A DNA stretch of 63,747 nucleotides, filler included, from Atractiella rhizophila (lineage: Eukaryota): the NCBI GenBank assembly GCA_021432655.1. It is 3 parts of 3 records of this genome, joined end to end, with 100 filler letters (N's around TTAATTAATTAA, not from the genome) between each part and the next. Parts side by side here need not be neighbours in the genome. Positions count along the whole stretch, not along the records: positions 28,298 to 56,427 come from MU271736.1; positions 56,528 to 63,747 come from MU271809.1; 1 more part is not named here. The stretch is one strand, 5' to 3'. This document shows positions 50,625-62,505 of the stretch, one piece after another (position 1 is the first letter of the stretch; each line of letters opens with the position of its first letter). The translations under genes and the position numbers were made by a program. Under the pieces are notes generated by a model that had not been told where the DNA came from, did no database searches, and saw only the letters and a program-made list of their open reading frames with translations.

Positions 50625-52727
50625 ATGGAGAGTCTCGCAGTTTTCCAGCTTGTGCACTCAGAGCGCAACACCTACGGTATAAGAACTCGAGACTTCTCAC
50701 GCTACCAGTTTGTCCCCCATCATCACTTCCGCACTCATTGATCTTGATCTGATACAATGTGAGCAATCAGTACCCATTGCACGAGAAAGGTTGGAGAGCT
50801 CAGAAAGAAGCTCGAGATTGTGCAAACTACGGGGGCGAAACGGGGTATATATAAGAAGAAGGAGTTAGAAGAGGGGGATCCGAAGTATCTTGATCAAAGG
50901 TTCGTATACTCCCTTCCGTCAAAAGGGTTGGCTGTTGAGAAAAATGATGCAGGCACGCTTTGCTGCACCTCTTTTTGGCGGAGAGAGCGTGGGCACATGC
51001 GCAATCCCTCCCCAAGGAGGAGGCGAAGGACAGGCATCACGCTGATCGTCTTTTTTCAAAATCGACTGCCCACGCCTCTACCTTTCTGTCTCTTATCCAG
51101 TCCAACCCTTCCTACTCCCTCCGAACGACTGCAGAGGCGCAGGCATACACGTATACGCTCGAAGCCCAACGCTATTTCTCCAAAGCGAAAGCTCTTCCCG
51201 CTCTCTCTGCTCTCTGCAAGGCGTATGAGCTCCTTCAGGTCCTCTCAAAGTGGAACGAGGAGGAGAAGGGCAGTGATGTTGCCGACTCGATTAGTTTGGC
51301 GATAGAACGACTCGATGAGCTGGAAGTCATGATCCGCTTCTGCAACCACCAACTGCAACCAGGATCGAACGTTGACGCCGCCGCCATCGTCGCGGCCGAA
51401 AGGAAGCGTGAGCCGGATGGAGAGCTCGACGCTCTGCTCAGACGAGCGAATGAAGCTGCTACTGCTGCTGCAGTGACGCGGCCAGCGATTACAACTCACA
51501 AGAGTGTGTTCAGAGGGCTGGAAATCTCGGTGAGGAATGTGGAGGTTTCGAGAGCGTTGTTAGCGACTGACAAAGCGCTGGAGGAGTTGGGAAAGGAGAA
51601 GGAGAGACCGGGAGGAAAAAAGAGGATGGGTGCGAAGAGAATGGCTGAGTTTGACAAGTGTTTATCTACTTTGGGCGAGGCCGAAGGAAAGGCGGAAAGA
51701 GTGGTGAAGGACGGTCAGGTATGTTCTACCCCTTGTCTGTACTCTTTACCAACATGGGCATATTGCGGAACAGTCCCAAGGGAACTCTTCTCTCGAGCTT
51801 GCACACTCATACATCTCCTACAAACTCCTTACCACACGCATCCTCCGAGATAGTCTACTCTTGCAGGATGCTCTCTCGAAGCTCTCCGACAAAACTGCTC
51901 GCCTCACAACGACTTCCTACTCTCGGCAAGCGGCGCAGTCCACGTCTTTGTCTGGCCAAAGCAACCTCAACCCATCCATCTCGAAAAAGAGAGCCAAACA
52001 TACCCTTTCTGCTCGAATTGACAAAGCCTCATTGAAAGTCTACCCTGTGCTCATCAAGCTCCTTAGTGGCATCATTCTCTCCTACGAGAGTTTACGGGAC
52101 CACCGAATTGTCGAACAGGACACTTCTTCAGCGTCGACGGAAGATGGAGGGGACGGAATCACGGATCTGTTGGGAAGGATCGAAGCGAAGATTGCAGAGG
52201 AGAAGGCCGTCCGTGCGCTATATCTAGGGCACACTTATCGCCTGATGGAAAAGTACACTGAGTCTGCAGAGTGTTTAGCTCGTGGAGAGATCTACGCGAG
52301 AGAAGCAAGACGCTCCATCCTTATGAGTGGGGGCTTCTCACCTTCCGCCACCTCTTCTACGTTGCCAGTGACGGAGGCCACTCTTGCAAATCTGGAGACT
52401 TCGTTACAAGAAGCGAAAGCTAAAACGGCTCGCAAGTGGTTTGAAGACGGGAACGGAGCTGAGCTTCTCGCCAAGCTGGAAGGGGAGGGAGCGGTGGAAA
52501 AGAAGCCCACGTTCTACGATGTGGCTAGAAACTACGTGGCCTCGTTCGACATGGAGGCGATAAAGGAGAAAGCAGGTGTGGTGAAAAAGGAAGAAGCCAA
52601 GAACAAAGTCGTTGAACCACCTCCGAAGAAGGTGGAGGAAAAAAAGCCGACACCTGCTGCCATTGGTGAGGATAGAAAGGGAGCACAGAGCCCGGCGAGA
52701 GGATGGGGATTCTTTAGAAAAGGCTGA
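50625..52727 (+). CDS. SRP68: Signal recognition particle subunit SRP68
   Basis: MESLAVFQLVHSERNTYGIRTRDFSRYH, HCTRKVGELRKKL, LFLAERAWAHA, IRFC, KPTFYDVARNYV, GWGFF. Confidence 0.9.
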
Positions 52728-52893
52728 GAAGCCCTGTGTACGTTACACTCTGAACAAAAGAAATGGCGCAAAGTGTCGCAAGTACACCCATATGTTTCGG
52801 ACTGGGGTTGGATGAGGACAGAATGATGCGATTGACTTGCACTGCGAATAAATACTGTGAAGGAAGGGGTTCCTTTTTTGAGCAATCAAGAGG

Positions 52894-54416
52894 TTAACGC
52901 ATCTCGAGAGCCATCTGCTTCTCCAGTGCTTGCACCACCCGTGCATGAATAACGTTCACCTCCTCATTCGTTAGATTGCTAAACCACCGCCAACGCCATT
53001 ATTACTCCTCTGGTTCTATGCAGGAAAAGAGGAAGACAAACCGATCCATTGACCGATAATTGATGCGGTAACACAGGCCTGTCCTTTTGGTTTTTGGGTG
53101 AAGAAAGTTGTCGATCTATACAACATCATGTTTGTGTGGTGGTATCGGTGGGCTGCCGAGAAGAGAAGACTTACGAGAGTCACGCTCTCCACTAGGTCGC
53201 CGCACAGCTCTCGCACAATCTCACAGAAATCGTTTTCGTGAAAGGAGGTGGGAGCCCAGAAAGAGGTATCTTTATAGCAGGTAGGGTATTCTATTTCAAA
53301 CGAAGAGTTAATGCGACGAATGTTTGTATATGAGGAGGGACGAACGTACTAGAATAGGGCTTAAATTCATTTATTCTTCCAGCTTGGAACTGCGAAAGGA
53401 ATCTTTCGTCTTGGGACCAGAAAAGTCGGATATCGGGGATGTTGAACAGAAGCATGGCTATGCGTTCGAGGCCTAGCCCAAAAGCCCACCCCATCTTATG
53501 GCTCATCCCTTCGACCGTAATTGTCAGCATATCGTTTCATGATCCGTATGGACGAGAGGAAAGGAACTGATGACGAACCAGCTTGATTTAAAGTATGTTG
53601 CTTAATAATCCCACTCCCTAGCATTTCCATCCATTTTCCTTTGTACAATATCTCAACCTCGTAACTCGGGCTAGTAAATGGGAAAAAAGCGTCGATCCAA
53701 CGTATCTGTAGCTTTTCCCCAGTTTTCTGCAGTGGCTCCCTTAGCATTCCCAGGAACATGGTGTTGATGGTAGCTTTGAGATGCGCCACCGCCAAATCCA
53801 CTTCTTTCGGGTCGTGTTCAGGCTGGTAGTCGTTATCCTTCCCTATCCGAGTTGTGTCTTCGATAAGGACGTTCTCTTTACTTAGTTCCCTCTCCAGCTT
53901 CTCCGTGCGCGGTCCATAGTCCGACACATTTTCGCGAGCAACTACGTCCGCTCCTTCCATCTGGTGAAAGACTGGATAATGTGAATAGTCAATTTCATCC
54001 CTCCTATACACGTCGGCCGTCAAAATCCACCTGTCATGGCCCATTCTGAAAGTATCAACTTCATGAGCAGACGTATGGGTTCTGAGCATCGTGTTCTGGT
54101 TTAGGTAGTAGCTGTCCTTCACGCTCCTTCCGGGATGGTCAGGAGGGAAACCGAGCTCGTCGAAGTTCTTGTAGGTGGATACTATGGGAGATGGAGCTGG
54201 AATAGAAGTGTAGGAGCCGAGCGAGGAGTGGATGAGCGAACGGAGGATGCCAATAGGGTGCGACGGGTTCAGGTACAAGTTTTGGTCCTTCTTTGCGAGA
54301 ATAGACGGGGGAACGTTCATCCAGCTGTCGGGAGGGTACTGCGATGCATAGGAAGTTGATGCTGGGGCGGAATATTGGCGTTTGAGGGAGAATTTTGGAA
54401 GTCGAGTTGGCCTCAT
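52894..54416 (-). CDS. MSF1: Mitochondrial phenylalanyl-tRNA synthetase
   Basis: [65 protein letters not shown]-terminal anticodon-binding domain ([11 protein letters not shown]). Confidence 0.96.
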
Positions 54417-56427
54417 TTCGCTAACCCTGTCTCAGTTTCGCAGCATGCACGAGCACTTTCTGCTCACGAAAGAAAGGAGGCAATTCCTCCCAATCACAGC
54501 GACTAGAGTCCTCCTTCTGAAAGTATCCAAACTAGGCAAAGGAAGTATACTTTGCTGCGAACTTGTATATTGTTTATGTTGAAACCTTAACTTTATGCCT
54601 TCAATCCCAAGGAACATTATGTAGGTGGGGAAGGAGCGAGAGGTGGTGATTGGGGGGACGTGGATTCGTTAGAATAGGTCAAGTTTCGCTTGTCACTGTG
54701 AGGTGAGTGAAATTTGAAGGTGGAGTTTCCGCACGATTCCAATTTGTTGTAGTCTACTTGTCCTCTGATCCCGAAATGGTCAAATACGAATACATCTAAG
54801 GAAGTGACGATTTTGATAGCCCGACGTGAGAGAACTGAAGAAAGAGCTTGATTATTGTTGCACGGCATCAAGTATTTGTAGAATCTCTAACTTGATCCAT
54901 GTCGAGATCATTTCCCCCTGTTTCTTTTTTCTCCGACATATCGTTCATCTACGTAATAGTTGGAAGCAATTATCATAGAAGGGAAGTTATTGTGTGTAGA
55001 CGATAGAGTGATTTTTATTTTTCCTACCCAACTAAGGACAACAGTTGAGTTGTACTGACCTCACCATATGTTCGTTCGATCCTTCTACGTCTATACGTCT
55101 AGATCTCACAATGCTTTTAGACGACTATCACTTTTCTGACACTGGAAAGGTGATATGCGAACCTTTACTGTCATTCCCATCTGATCTGGGTATGGAATCA
55201 AGGGTTCGCTTTCCCAACTATGTAGACACCAGGCATCTGCTTTGAACAGTTTCATGATCCTTTTATTCCCAATAACGCGGTTCATTGGCTGTGCACGTTG
55301 ACTGCTACAAATCCCTATGCCTTTCCCCGCGCCCCTGCTGTCATCATATTACTCGCCGCTATAATCTCCAATGTGGGCAAAGTACTCTCGACGTATCTTT
55401 CAATAGCCCCAAAATGATACGACCAGTCCACCATGGCGATAAACCAAAGGGTCAACCGAACGAGAACCTGTCCATCGAATTTCTTTAAATGGGCCGCTCT
55501 ATATCGCCACACGAGACGGTATTGATCGGCTCTTGAATTGTCTCGCCAAAAAAATGACTTCTTGCCGTCGATGCCTCATCCAGCAGACCATGCAAGGCAT
55601 TTACTGCTTCTGTGGTGGGAACTTATGGAAAACCGCCTAGAACAACCTGGCGCACTCTTCACGATCCTAGGAACGTCACCCCCATCAAGACGTTGCCAAA
55701 CAATGCCTATCAAGCAGTGAGGACGACAGGGAACATGAAGCAAATGTCTGTGTACCTTTCATTCGCTTCGTCCCCGACTATATTTTGTGCCTTTTCTGCA
55801 CTTCACTACTCTGCTTTCGTTGAATCCGTCTGTGTACGACCGATCGAGGGGTTTACCTTTTGAGACAGCTAACTTGTTCCTTTCTGGCTGCAAAACGGAT
55901 ACCTCAAAATGGTGCGGAGGCTATTCATCGTGGTTTTATGTAGACTCCCAGCCATAAGGGACCAAGCGCTCGATACTCGCTCCAATGACAAAGAATACGA
56001 GGTAACTTCGGAGTCGCAGTATGCATCACGCGCATATCTTGGGTAAAGAAGAGAGCGAGAGGCAAACGAAACGAGGGGCGGCGCATCCAGATTAATCTGC
56101 AGAGGCTTATGAGTACATGCAAGAACACGTTTGTCCCTAGTTTTATTTCGATATGTTCCTTCCAAGTTAAGTTGATTCTCGCAAATTTCAAAATTCTGTG
56201 GCCTTGGTTGCAACGTTCCGTGGCGAGGCAAGGTTCGAAATTGAGTTTTTTATCCCATAACTCATCTATCTTCTTTCAGGAAAAATTGGGAGGACATTTC
56301 ATCATTTATACCGAAATGATATCGAATCTTGCTGTAAATATGAAGCAGTGGCATTCTGCAATGGATAAGTAACAAGAAGGTGCATCGAAAAAGGTCGGTG
56401 GCCATGCAATAACGCTGGCGAAGCAAA

Positions 56428-56527
56428 NNNNNNNNNNNNNNNNNNNNNNNNNNNNNNNNNNNNNNNNNNNNTTAATTAATTAANNNNNNNNNNNNNNNNN
56501 NNNNNNNNNNNNNNNNNNNNNNNNNNN
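56428..56527. other. Artificial scaffold-joining spacer (44 N + TTAATTAATTAA + 44 N)
   Basis: Same 100-nt structure as at 28198. Confidence 0.95.
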
Positions 56528-56886
56528 GTGGCGCCAGAATACACGTCGAGAAGCTCCACAGTCCGTTATTACCTGTCTATCTGTAAATCAACTAGAGGAA
56601 TGTGGACGAACCTCGATGACATTTGGATGTTTTAGCTCCTGGAGGAACTTAACCTCCCGAATGGCTGACATGTCCAATCCATCTTTGAACTGTCCAAGCT
56701 TAATCTTTTTGATCGCAACGTCCCGTCCCGTGGATAGTTGCTTAGCTGTCGCGGTTTCTCAGAAAGAGTGTTTGGTAAGATGGGAAATGGACCTTGGTGG
56801 ACTACAGCATAGGTACCTTCTCCTAGCTTCCGGATCTTCGTGTAGTTGTTAGAGATCCGTTCATTCGCTGCTTCAGCTGCCTCCAT
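56528..56886 (-). CDS. KIN28: CDK7/Kin28 kinase, 5' portion, truncated at the scaffold end
   Basis: YTKIRKLGEGTYAVV, VAIKKIKLGQFKDGLDMSAIREVKFLQELKHPNVIE|LLDVY. Confidence 0.92.
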
Positions 56887-56889
56887 GTC

Positions 56890-57870
56890 CACTTAGAGTC
56901 TCGACGGAAGGGAATGAACAAAGTGTAACCGTACTAGAGAAAACTAACCGGATAGTGACCAGTCTTCGATGGCGCATAATACACGCCAACCTCATGTCGA
57001 AGTACATTATCCTTTAGAGACATACCAAGCACAGAAGAAACCGTGAAGAAACCTAGAACGCAGAGAAGGCATGGAGCGGAAGGAATGTAGATTACTGAGA
57101 GGATGACGACGGGGAAGCTAGTCGCTGCTGGTAACCGTTTTGCTTAGAGGCGACGCGACTACCTTCCTTCCTTTACGTGCCTTCGATATTTTTTTTGCGA
57201 AAAAGAATAGAGACCATTATCTAAGCTCTTCCACACTAACAAAGCTTTTTGCCTTCAATTGTTTTCATTCCGATATTTTGGTGCGTAATGCTCAATTTTG
57301 CTGCTATATATCCATATGTCTGTTGGAGAATAGCGCTTCAGTATGCCACGCATTAGCTAACATCGCCTACGTCCAGAGAGCGCACTCCGAGTGACGAGCG
57401 CACTCCCTCCCGCAGCCACAGAAGGATACGTGTTTGAGTACAAATTCAGTGTACGGTGAGCCGGTTTCAGGAGGCCACTTTCAGTCTGCCAACGGATCGG
57501 TGGCACCGTAGGCTGTCGTACGTCCTCGGATGTGGTATTTCGATGCGACTCAAGCTGGTATGTTAGCTGACTAGTTCGTGGGCTGTGGGCAGAAGCACTG
57601 TCCAACTCTCCGGTCTGGCCAAATTGTTCTTCAACTAGACACTTTAGCTTTCGCCAGCCTCTCGCCTCGTTTGACAGGTTGTAGGGTTCAATTCAAGGCG
57701 ACGACTGGGTGCTCCCCATCAGGTCCGTTGGGACGGGTTGCTGCAGCAAGGTACTGGGAACATATCACCTAATTTTCAACATCTGATGTTCTAAAGTTAC
57801 GTCTACGGGAGTCCTTGTCCACGTTAACCGACTCATACCATGCTCTTTGGATCGTTTGGAGTTTAAGGAC
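56890..57870. other. Probable mirror-reversed block 5 (left flank of the 254-N gap); no gene recognised; left edge approximate
   Basis: Qualitative only. It has the TAG/CTA/ACG-rich texture of the other blocks; TATAAAA motifs appear only in the complement (~57185, ~57273); its position matches the other blocks. Confidence 0.6.
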
Positions 57871-58124
57871 NNNNNNNNNNNNNNNNNNNNNNNNNNNNNN
57901 NNNNNNNNNNNNNNNNNNNNNNNNNNNNNNNNNNNNNNNNNNNNNNNNNNNNNNNNNNNNNNNNNNNNNNNNNNNNNNNNNNNNNNNNNNNNNNNNNNNN
58001 NNNNNNNNNNNNNNNNNNNNNNNNNNNNNNNNNNNNNNNNNNNNNNNNNNNNNNNNNNNNNNNNNNNNNNNNNNNNNNNNNNNNNNNNNNNNNNNNNNNN
58101 NNNNNNNNNNNNNNNNNNNNNNNN

Positions 58125-59114
58125 ATAGAAAGTGAGGCGTAGGACTTAACGATAAACGAAAGCGGACAAGGGCAAGAATCTCCAGTATGTAGTTCCTTTC
58201 TTTTTATGTGCGTAGCGTTAACCAAACTTCGTGCCAGGGTCAAGGGCGGTAACCGCAAAACTCTCACGTAGGATTCGACGGACAGTCATGGGATTAGTGT
58301 TTCTTCGATAACAAGATGGTCGTCTTCATACGTCACAACGGACTAAACGTCGGACTAACACTTGGGGAAGCTTGTGTAGCTAGAGTGGCGGTCAGCCGGT
58401 AACAAAGCTCGGAGGAAAGTAGGATAACCTTGCAATCGAGCTTTTCAACAGCGTAATTCATTCCACTAAGTGGTTTTACTCCCGGTTTGTCGATTATATC
58501 TATATAATTATGTCTCGAGTCATATTTTATTTAGTTGGGTGGTGTTGGTTTCCCTTGTACGGAAATTTTTGTTACAGAATCACGGTAAAGAAAACACACG
58601 TTCAAGTTGCATGGTTCGCAAGTACTGGTGGTCCCTAGGGTGAAATTTGCTGAAAAGCGACTAGTTTGCTTAGCTTAAGGAGAAGTGCAACATGGGCTCC
58701 AACGATAGACTTAGTTGGCACTACTACCGCACCAAGACACCTAACTAGTGACGTTCCGGGTCTAAACGACGAACTCACGCTAACGGCTATATCAACTGTT
58801 CGGACAAAAGAGGAAATCACGCAGGACTGCTTTGACTAAATAGAATGGGGACACCATAGCAATCTTTTAGATTTAGCTCAAGTTTTCGCCCATGAACGCA
58901 CTCAACCGAGTAGCGGACACATTCTGAGCTTATGGGTCGGCAGTTTTTTCAAGAAGGGGACATACTAGGTGATATGAGTCAAGGAACGAAACTGAAGGTG
59001 ATTAACTGAATGTAATATCCACCATATAAGAACCTGGTAGCATATTCCTGCTAACAGGTTCCGTAATGTGCAAAATTTTCGTTTTATTTCCTTGTCTCGT
59101 TGCGGTCAGAAGTA
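58125..59114. CDS. GH16 glucanase paralog B, 5' half (mirror-written, with signal peptide)
   Basis: ATG at 59114 read leftwards: MKTGVALFLYFAFKTCNALDNRPYTMVQEYTTYN|GKNFFDGWVF, EPTHGLVNY, HVPFGCAVWPSFW, WPTGGEIDVFEG. TATATATA lies upstream at ~59175. Confidence 0.93.
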
Positions 59115-59960
59115 TAGAGCATGACAGGAAGATTGACTATGAACCTTACTTTCGAAAGTAGCGCAGGATCATATATATAGTCGGGACCCTTCCAACTTTA
59201 CCTTTAGTATGAGCACCACTCCACTCAATCACTAGAAGCTCGAAAATCACTAGAAGCTCGAAAAGGCACTGGCGACTCGCAGTCTAACCTGTCCTTTAAG
59301 GCTGACCTTGTGAAAAGTAGGTCATACGAACACACGTAGGCGCCGCTTTGCGATTTCATCGCACTGCTACTTCGTTCCTTAAGGGAGAAGTGTTTCGGGA
59401 CTATCATGCTACTAGTTAAGACGACGTTCAGTTAAGAAGCTCTTCCTTCATTGCTTTTGACTGCATGGTATTGGAGGTGAGAAGCGGATCAATATAACTT
59501 GGCAGAGAGGATATCATTACCGGACGGCCGCACTGTAAGGGAAGTGCAGAGAGGGACAAGCAGCGTATCAAAGTGTCATAACACTACCATCCATAGCCAT
59601 ACGAAGCTCGCCAAAGTTGCTTTTAGTCATAAAAGGTCTTAGACCGCTGCGGCAATCTTATCTATAACCTTGGTACGTATGCATTGTCGCTCTCCTTCCA
59701 TACTTTGGCCTCGACCTTTCATTCCCCAACGAAGAACTCCCTCCAAGAGCTTCCACAACTCGTTTAGTACTTCTCTCCCGCTTATCGCCCGACGCCTGGA
59801 ATCTCACCTCCGTCCTTACCTCCTATGCCCGCTATAACAGTCGTCCCTGCCATGTTCATTACCATGCTAGTCGTTTGTGTACGTCAAAAGACGGAGTTCA
59901 GAACTCAAGCAGTAAAGTAAAGATGGTTGAAACGATACGATGGTATCTCAGCAAGGAGAG

Positions 59961-61720
59961 GATGACTTTGTGGGACTGGGTGACTTAGAGGGTCATCCGT
60001 AAGACGTTTCAGTTTAAGTTCAATCAAGATCAGTGAAGTTATAGCTCTCGTACATGGAACTTCAACGAAGGGCAGGAGTGCTTTAGAAATGTCAGCAATG
60101 GACAACGCGTAAGCCAGGTGAACCCATACTCCTCTTCTACTGTTACTTCTGCGTGGTGTGGGTAGAACAACTTTACATAACGGGCGGGTTAGTGGTGTGT
60201 CAAGCTATAACTAGTGCTAAAAAACTAAAAACTTCGCGCAGCGAAGCAAAGGTAACGTTCCCAAGCGTATAGAACGATACCCTCACGGATCTAAGCGGCC
60301 TAACCCCCACTATAACGACCTTTGTTCGAGCCGCCCCTAAACCAGGGAGATAAATCTGAAGTGCTACTCATATTAAACTCTCTTCTACGCACGTATGTCC
60401 TTTCACGGACGTGGTCTTAGTGTAGTCAAGTGAGTAAAGACCATTTGTTCTGTCAGTAAATGGTCATCATATGCGGTCAACACAGTTTATTGTGTCGGAA
60501 GTCTGCACCTAGTCTGAACAAGGATTTGTTAGCTTCTCCTGAATGGGTCTGCGGGGGGACTTTGCAGGCTGCGACCAAACGGCATCAATGACCGTGACCA
60601 CAGAGGCTGGACTTCGCTCCATAATCTTATAACCGAAACTTTCCTCTAAGCGATTGGACTGTTGGATTTAAGACTAACAATCGGGGTCCTCTAAGTGTCA
60701 ACTCCAAAGAGCCGATGTGGGTGTGAAGTTATTGACGTTTCGCGACACACCTCACGAATGGCAGGGTCACCGTAAGTATCCACAGGAGCTCTCTCTTACA
60801 GTTACTACGAAGTCCTAAAGTTTCCTGTATGAAGTCTGACGTAGGGCGCGAGCATACGTCTCGTTAGACTAAAACAACAGGTAACAACCGAGGACGAGGC
60901 ATAAGGTAGAAATTCAGCGTATTGAAAGTGAGGTTATACGCCGACTGGAAGTTATTATAGTTAGAGAGGATGTGGCGACTATTCATGGTAAATGTCCGCC
61001 TCCCCTTACGAGCATGGTAGAACGCCGGTACACGGCCAAGGGTGCCAGGTCTTACGTCCGGACTGGGAACACAGTTGTTTCCTTGACCGTACTTTTGTTT
61101 CCGATATGGTTCATCGCGTAGGTATTCCGTCTACGGTTCGCAACTAGTGATCGAAGGAACATTCGTTAACGGCTTTTGTTGCCACGTGTTCAGTGGATAG
61201 TTTCTAGGTTGAACCTTGACAGGTCACTTACTCAGTTGGTAGAGAAGCAAAACCCCGTTCTACTTTTCTCTGGGTGCCAAGAAAACCACGACTAGAAGTG
61301 TCTCAAAGAGAACCAAGGTATCCGTTCTAACGACGATCTTAGGCCCCACTCTTAGTCCACTAAGAAGTACGTGCGGTACCAAGAGAAAGTTATTCTCGGA
61401 GTGAGACTTGACTCCTACTTGACTGGACTCCTAACTACTGACGTTCGGGAACGCTAACTCGGCAACGGAACAGCTGTATCAAGTGGACATGCTGCATTCG
61501 CGGTAGCAGTTATTACGGCCCAATTCCACGCCTGGTTCTGCAGTCTGCATGGTACGGTAAACATTTTAGAACGACTTTTCGCAGCGCGTAATTACTTCGA
61601 ATCTATACAAACATAAGTGAATGTCAGAGTTTTAAGGTCGACCTTTTCGCAGTCGCCAACCTTCATCTACCCCTTTCGGAATGAAGCGGTTGGTTAGGCG
61701 CGGTAACAAGCGGCACGAAA
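59961..61720. CDS. GH16 fungal Lam16A-like glucanase, paralog A (mirror-written; 5' end missing)
   Basis: Read 61720 to 59961: DWLAN|WNFET|QDFTNGM|VNYVDKATAQSQGL, RNSVKIS, HLPYGCATW|PAFW, catalytic EIDIIE, LHTSAGC, NIELCGDWAG, NAYWEIQWVRVFQ*. Confidence 0.93.
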
Positions 61721-62505
61721 CTTCTTCGAGCTCCTATGGGCAGTCCGCCGCCACTGCCCAGGGCGGAATCTGGGCTGTCCTGTACGATTCTCAAGGGATT
61801 TGGTACTGGTAGGGCGTTGACTTCTCACTTTGTGAATTACGCTGACCTTTATTATGCAGGCACTGGCCCAGGAGTCAGATCCCTGCTGACCTCGTCAGCT
61901 CAAATGTGACGCCAAATCCAGCAAATTTTGGTACGCCAATCGCTTACTGGGACGCGGCGTGAGTCTCCATTGTGTGGTGCTACACCATGTTCATCCATGA
62001 ACCGGCATAGGAACTGCAATATCAATACGTTCTTTGAGCCACAAAAGCTTCTCTTCGATATTACTCGTGCGTAGTTTCTCCAATACGAACCAGCCTTACC
62101 GTGTGATTAGTCTGTGGTGACTGGGCTGGAAACACATTTACAAGGTACGTTTTCCTGATTTCGAATGATTAAGTTGATTGAAAGAAACTTGTTTCAGTGC
62201 TGGTTGTGGGAGTGGTAAGCATTTCTTCAGTTAATGAGGAGTGCGGGTCCTAAAAGTCAACCAGATTGCAAGGCTTTTGTACAGACGGGCAATAATTTCA
62301 AGGTTCGTGGCTTATGCTTCATGGAATCTACTTACTTACGTTGACTTCGGCTGAAGAACGCTTATTTCGAGGTATTCTTTCTCTCTATCAAATGACAATA
62401 GTCTGACGCAGATTCTGTTCCTGCTCAGGTTCAATGGGTCAGAGTAAGCCATCTCAAGTAGCAACACATCTATCAGACTAAATGGTGATATAGGTCTTCC
62501 AATGA
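61721..62505 (+). CDS. GH16 glucanase paralog B, 3' half (normal orientation)
   Basis: SSSSYGQSAATAQGGIWAVLYDSQGIWYW|HWPRSQIPADL, FFEPQKLLFDITL|CGDWAG, NAYFE|VQWVR|VFQ*. Confidence 0.92.

Larger units (their letters stand above)
58125..61720. other. Mirror-reversed block 6 (right flank of the 254-N gap), about 3.6 kb
   Basis: Right-to-left reading ends ...NSNSGCGVKD-a at 58125 and joins ct-SSSSYGQS at 61721 in frame. About 25 introns appear only in this reading. Confidence 0.97.

Noticed and set aside
54600..56427. Genes or transposon remnants in gene-poor stretches (also 20600-22300, 27600-29000, 41200-42400, 62600-63747)
   Set aside because: Only short ORFs with no motifs I recognise; composition looks normally oriented; not enough evidence for a call.
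60599..60604. Internal block boundary joining paralog A (GCQVG) to the forward SSSSYG at ~61720
   Set aside because: Paralog A continues uninterrupted in the mirror reading (VGDTSASNYG); the forward half belongs to paralog B.
58125..61720. RIP-degraded transposon or foreign DNA explaining the ORF desert
   Set aside because: Reversal explains it: intact GH16 genes with canonical introns appear.
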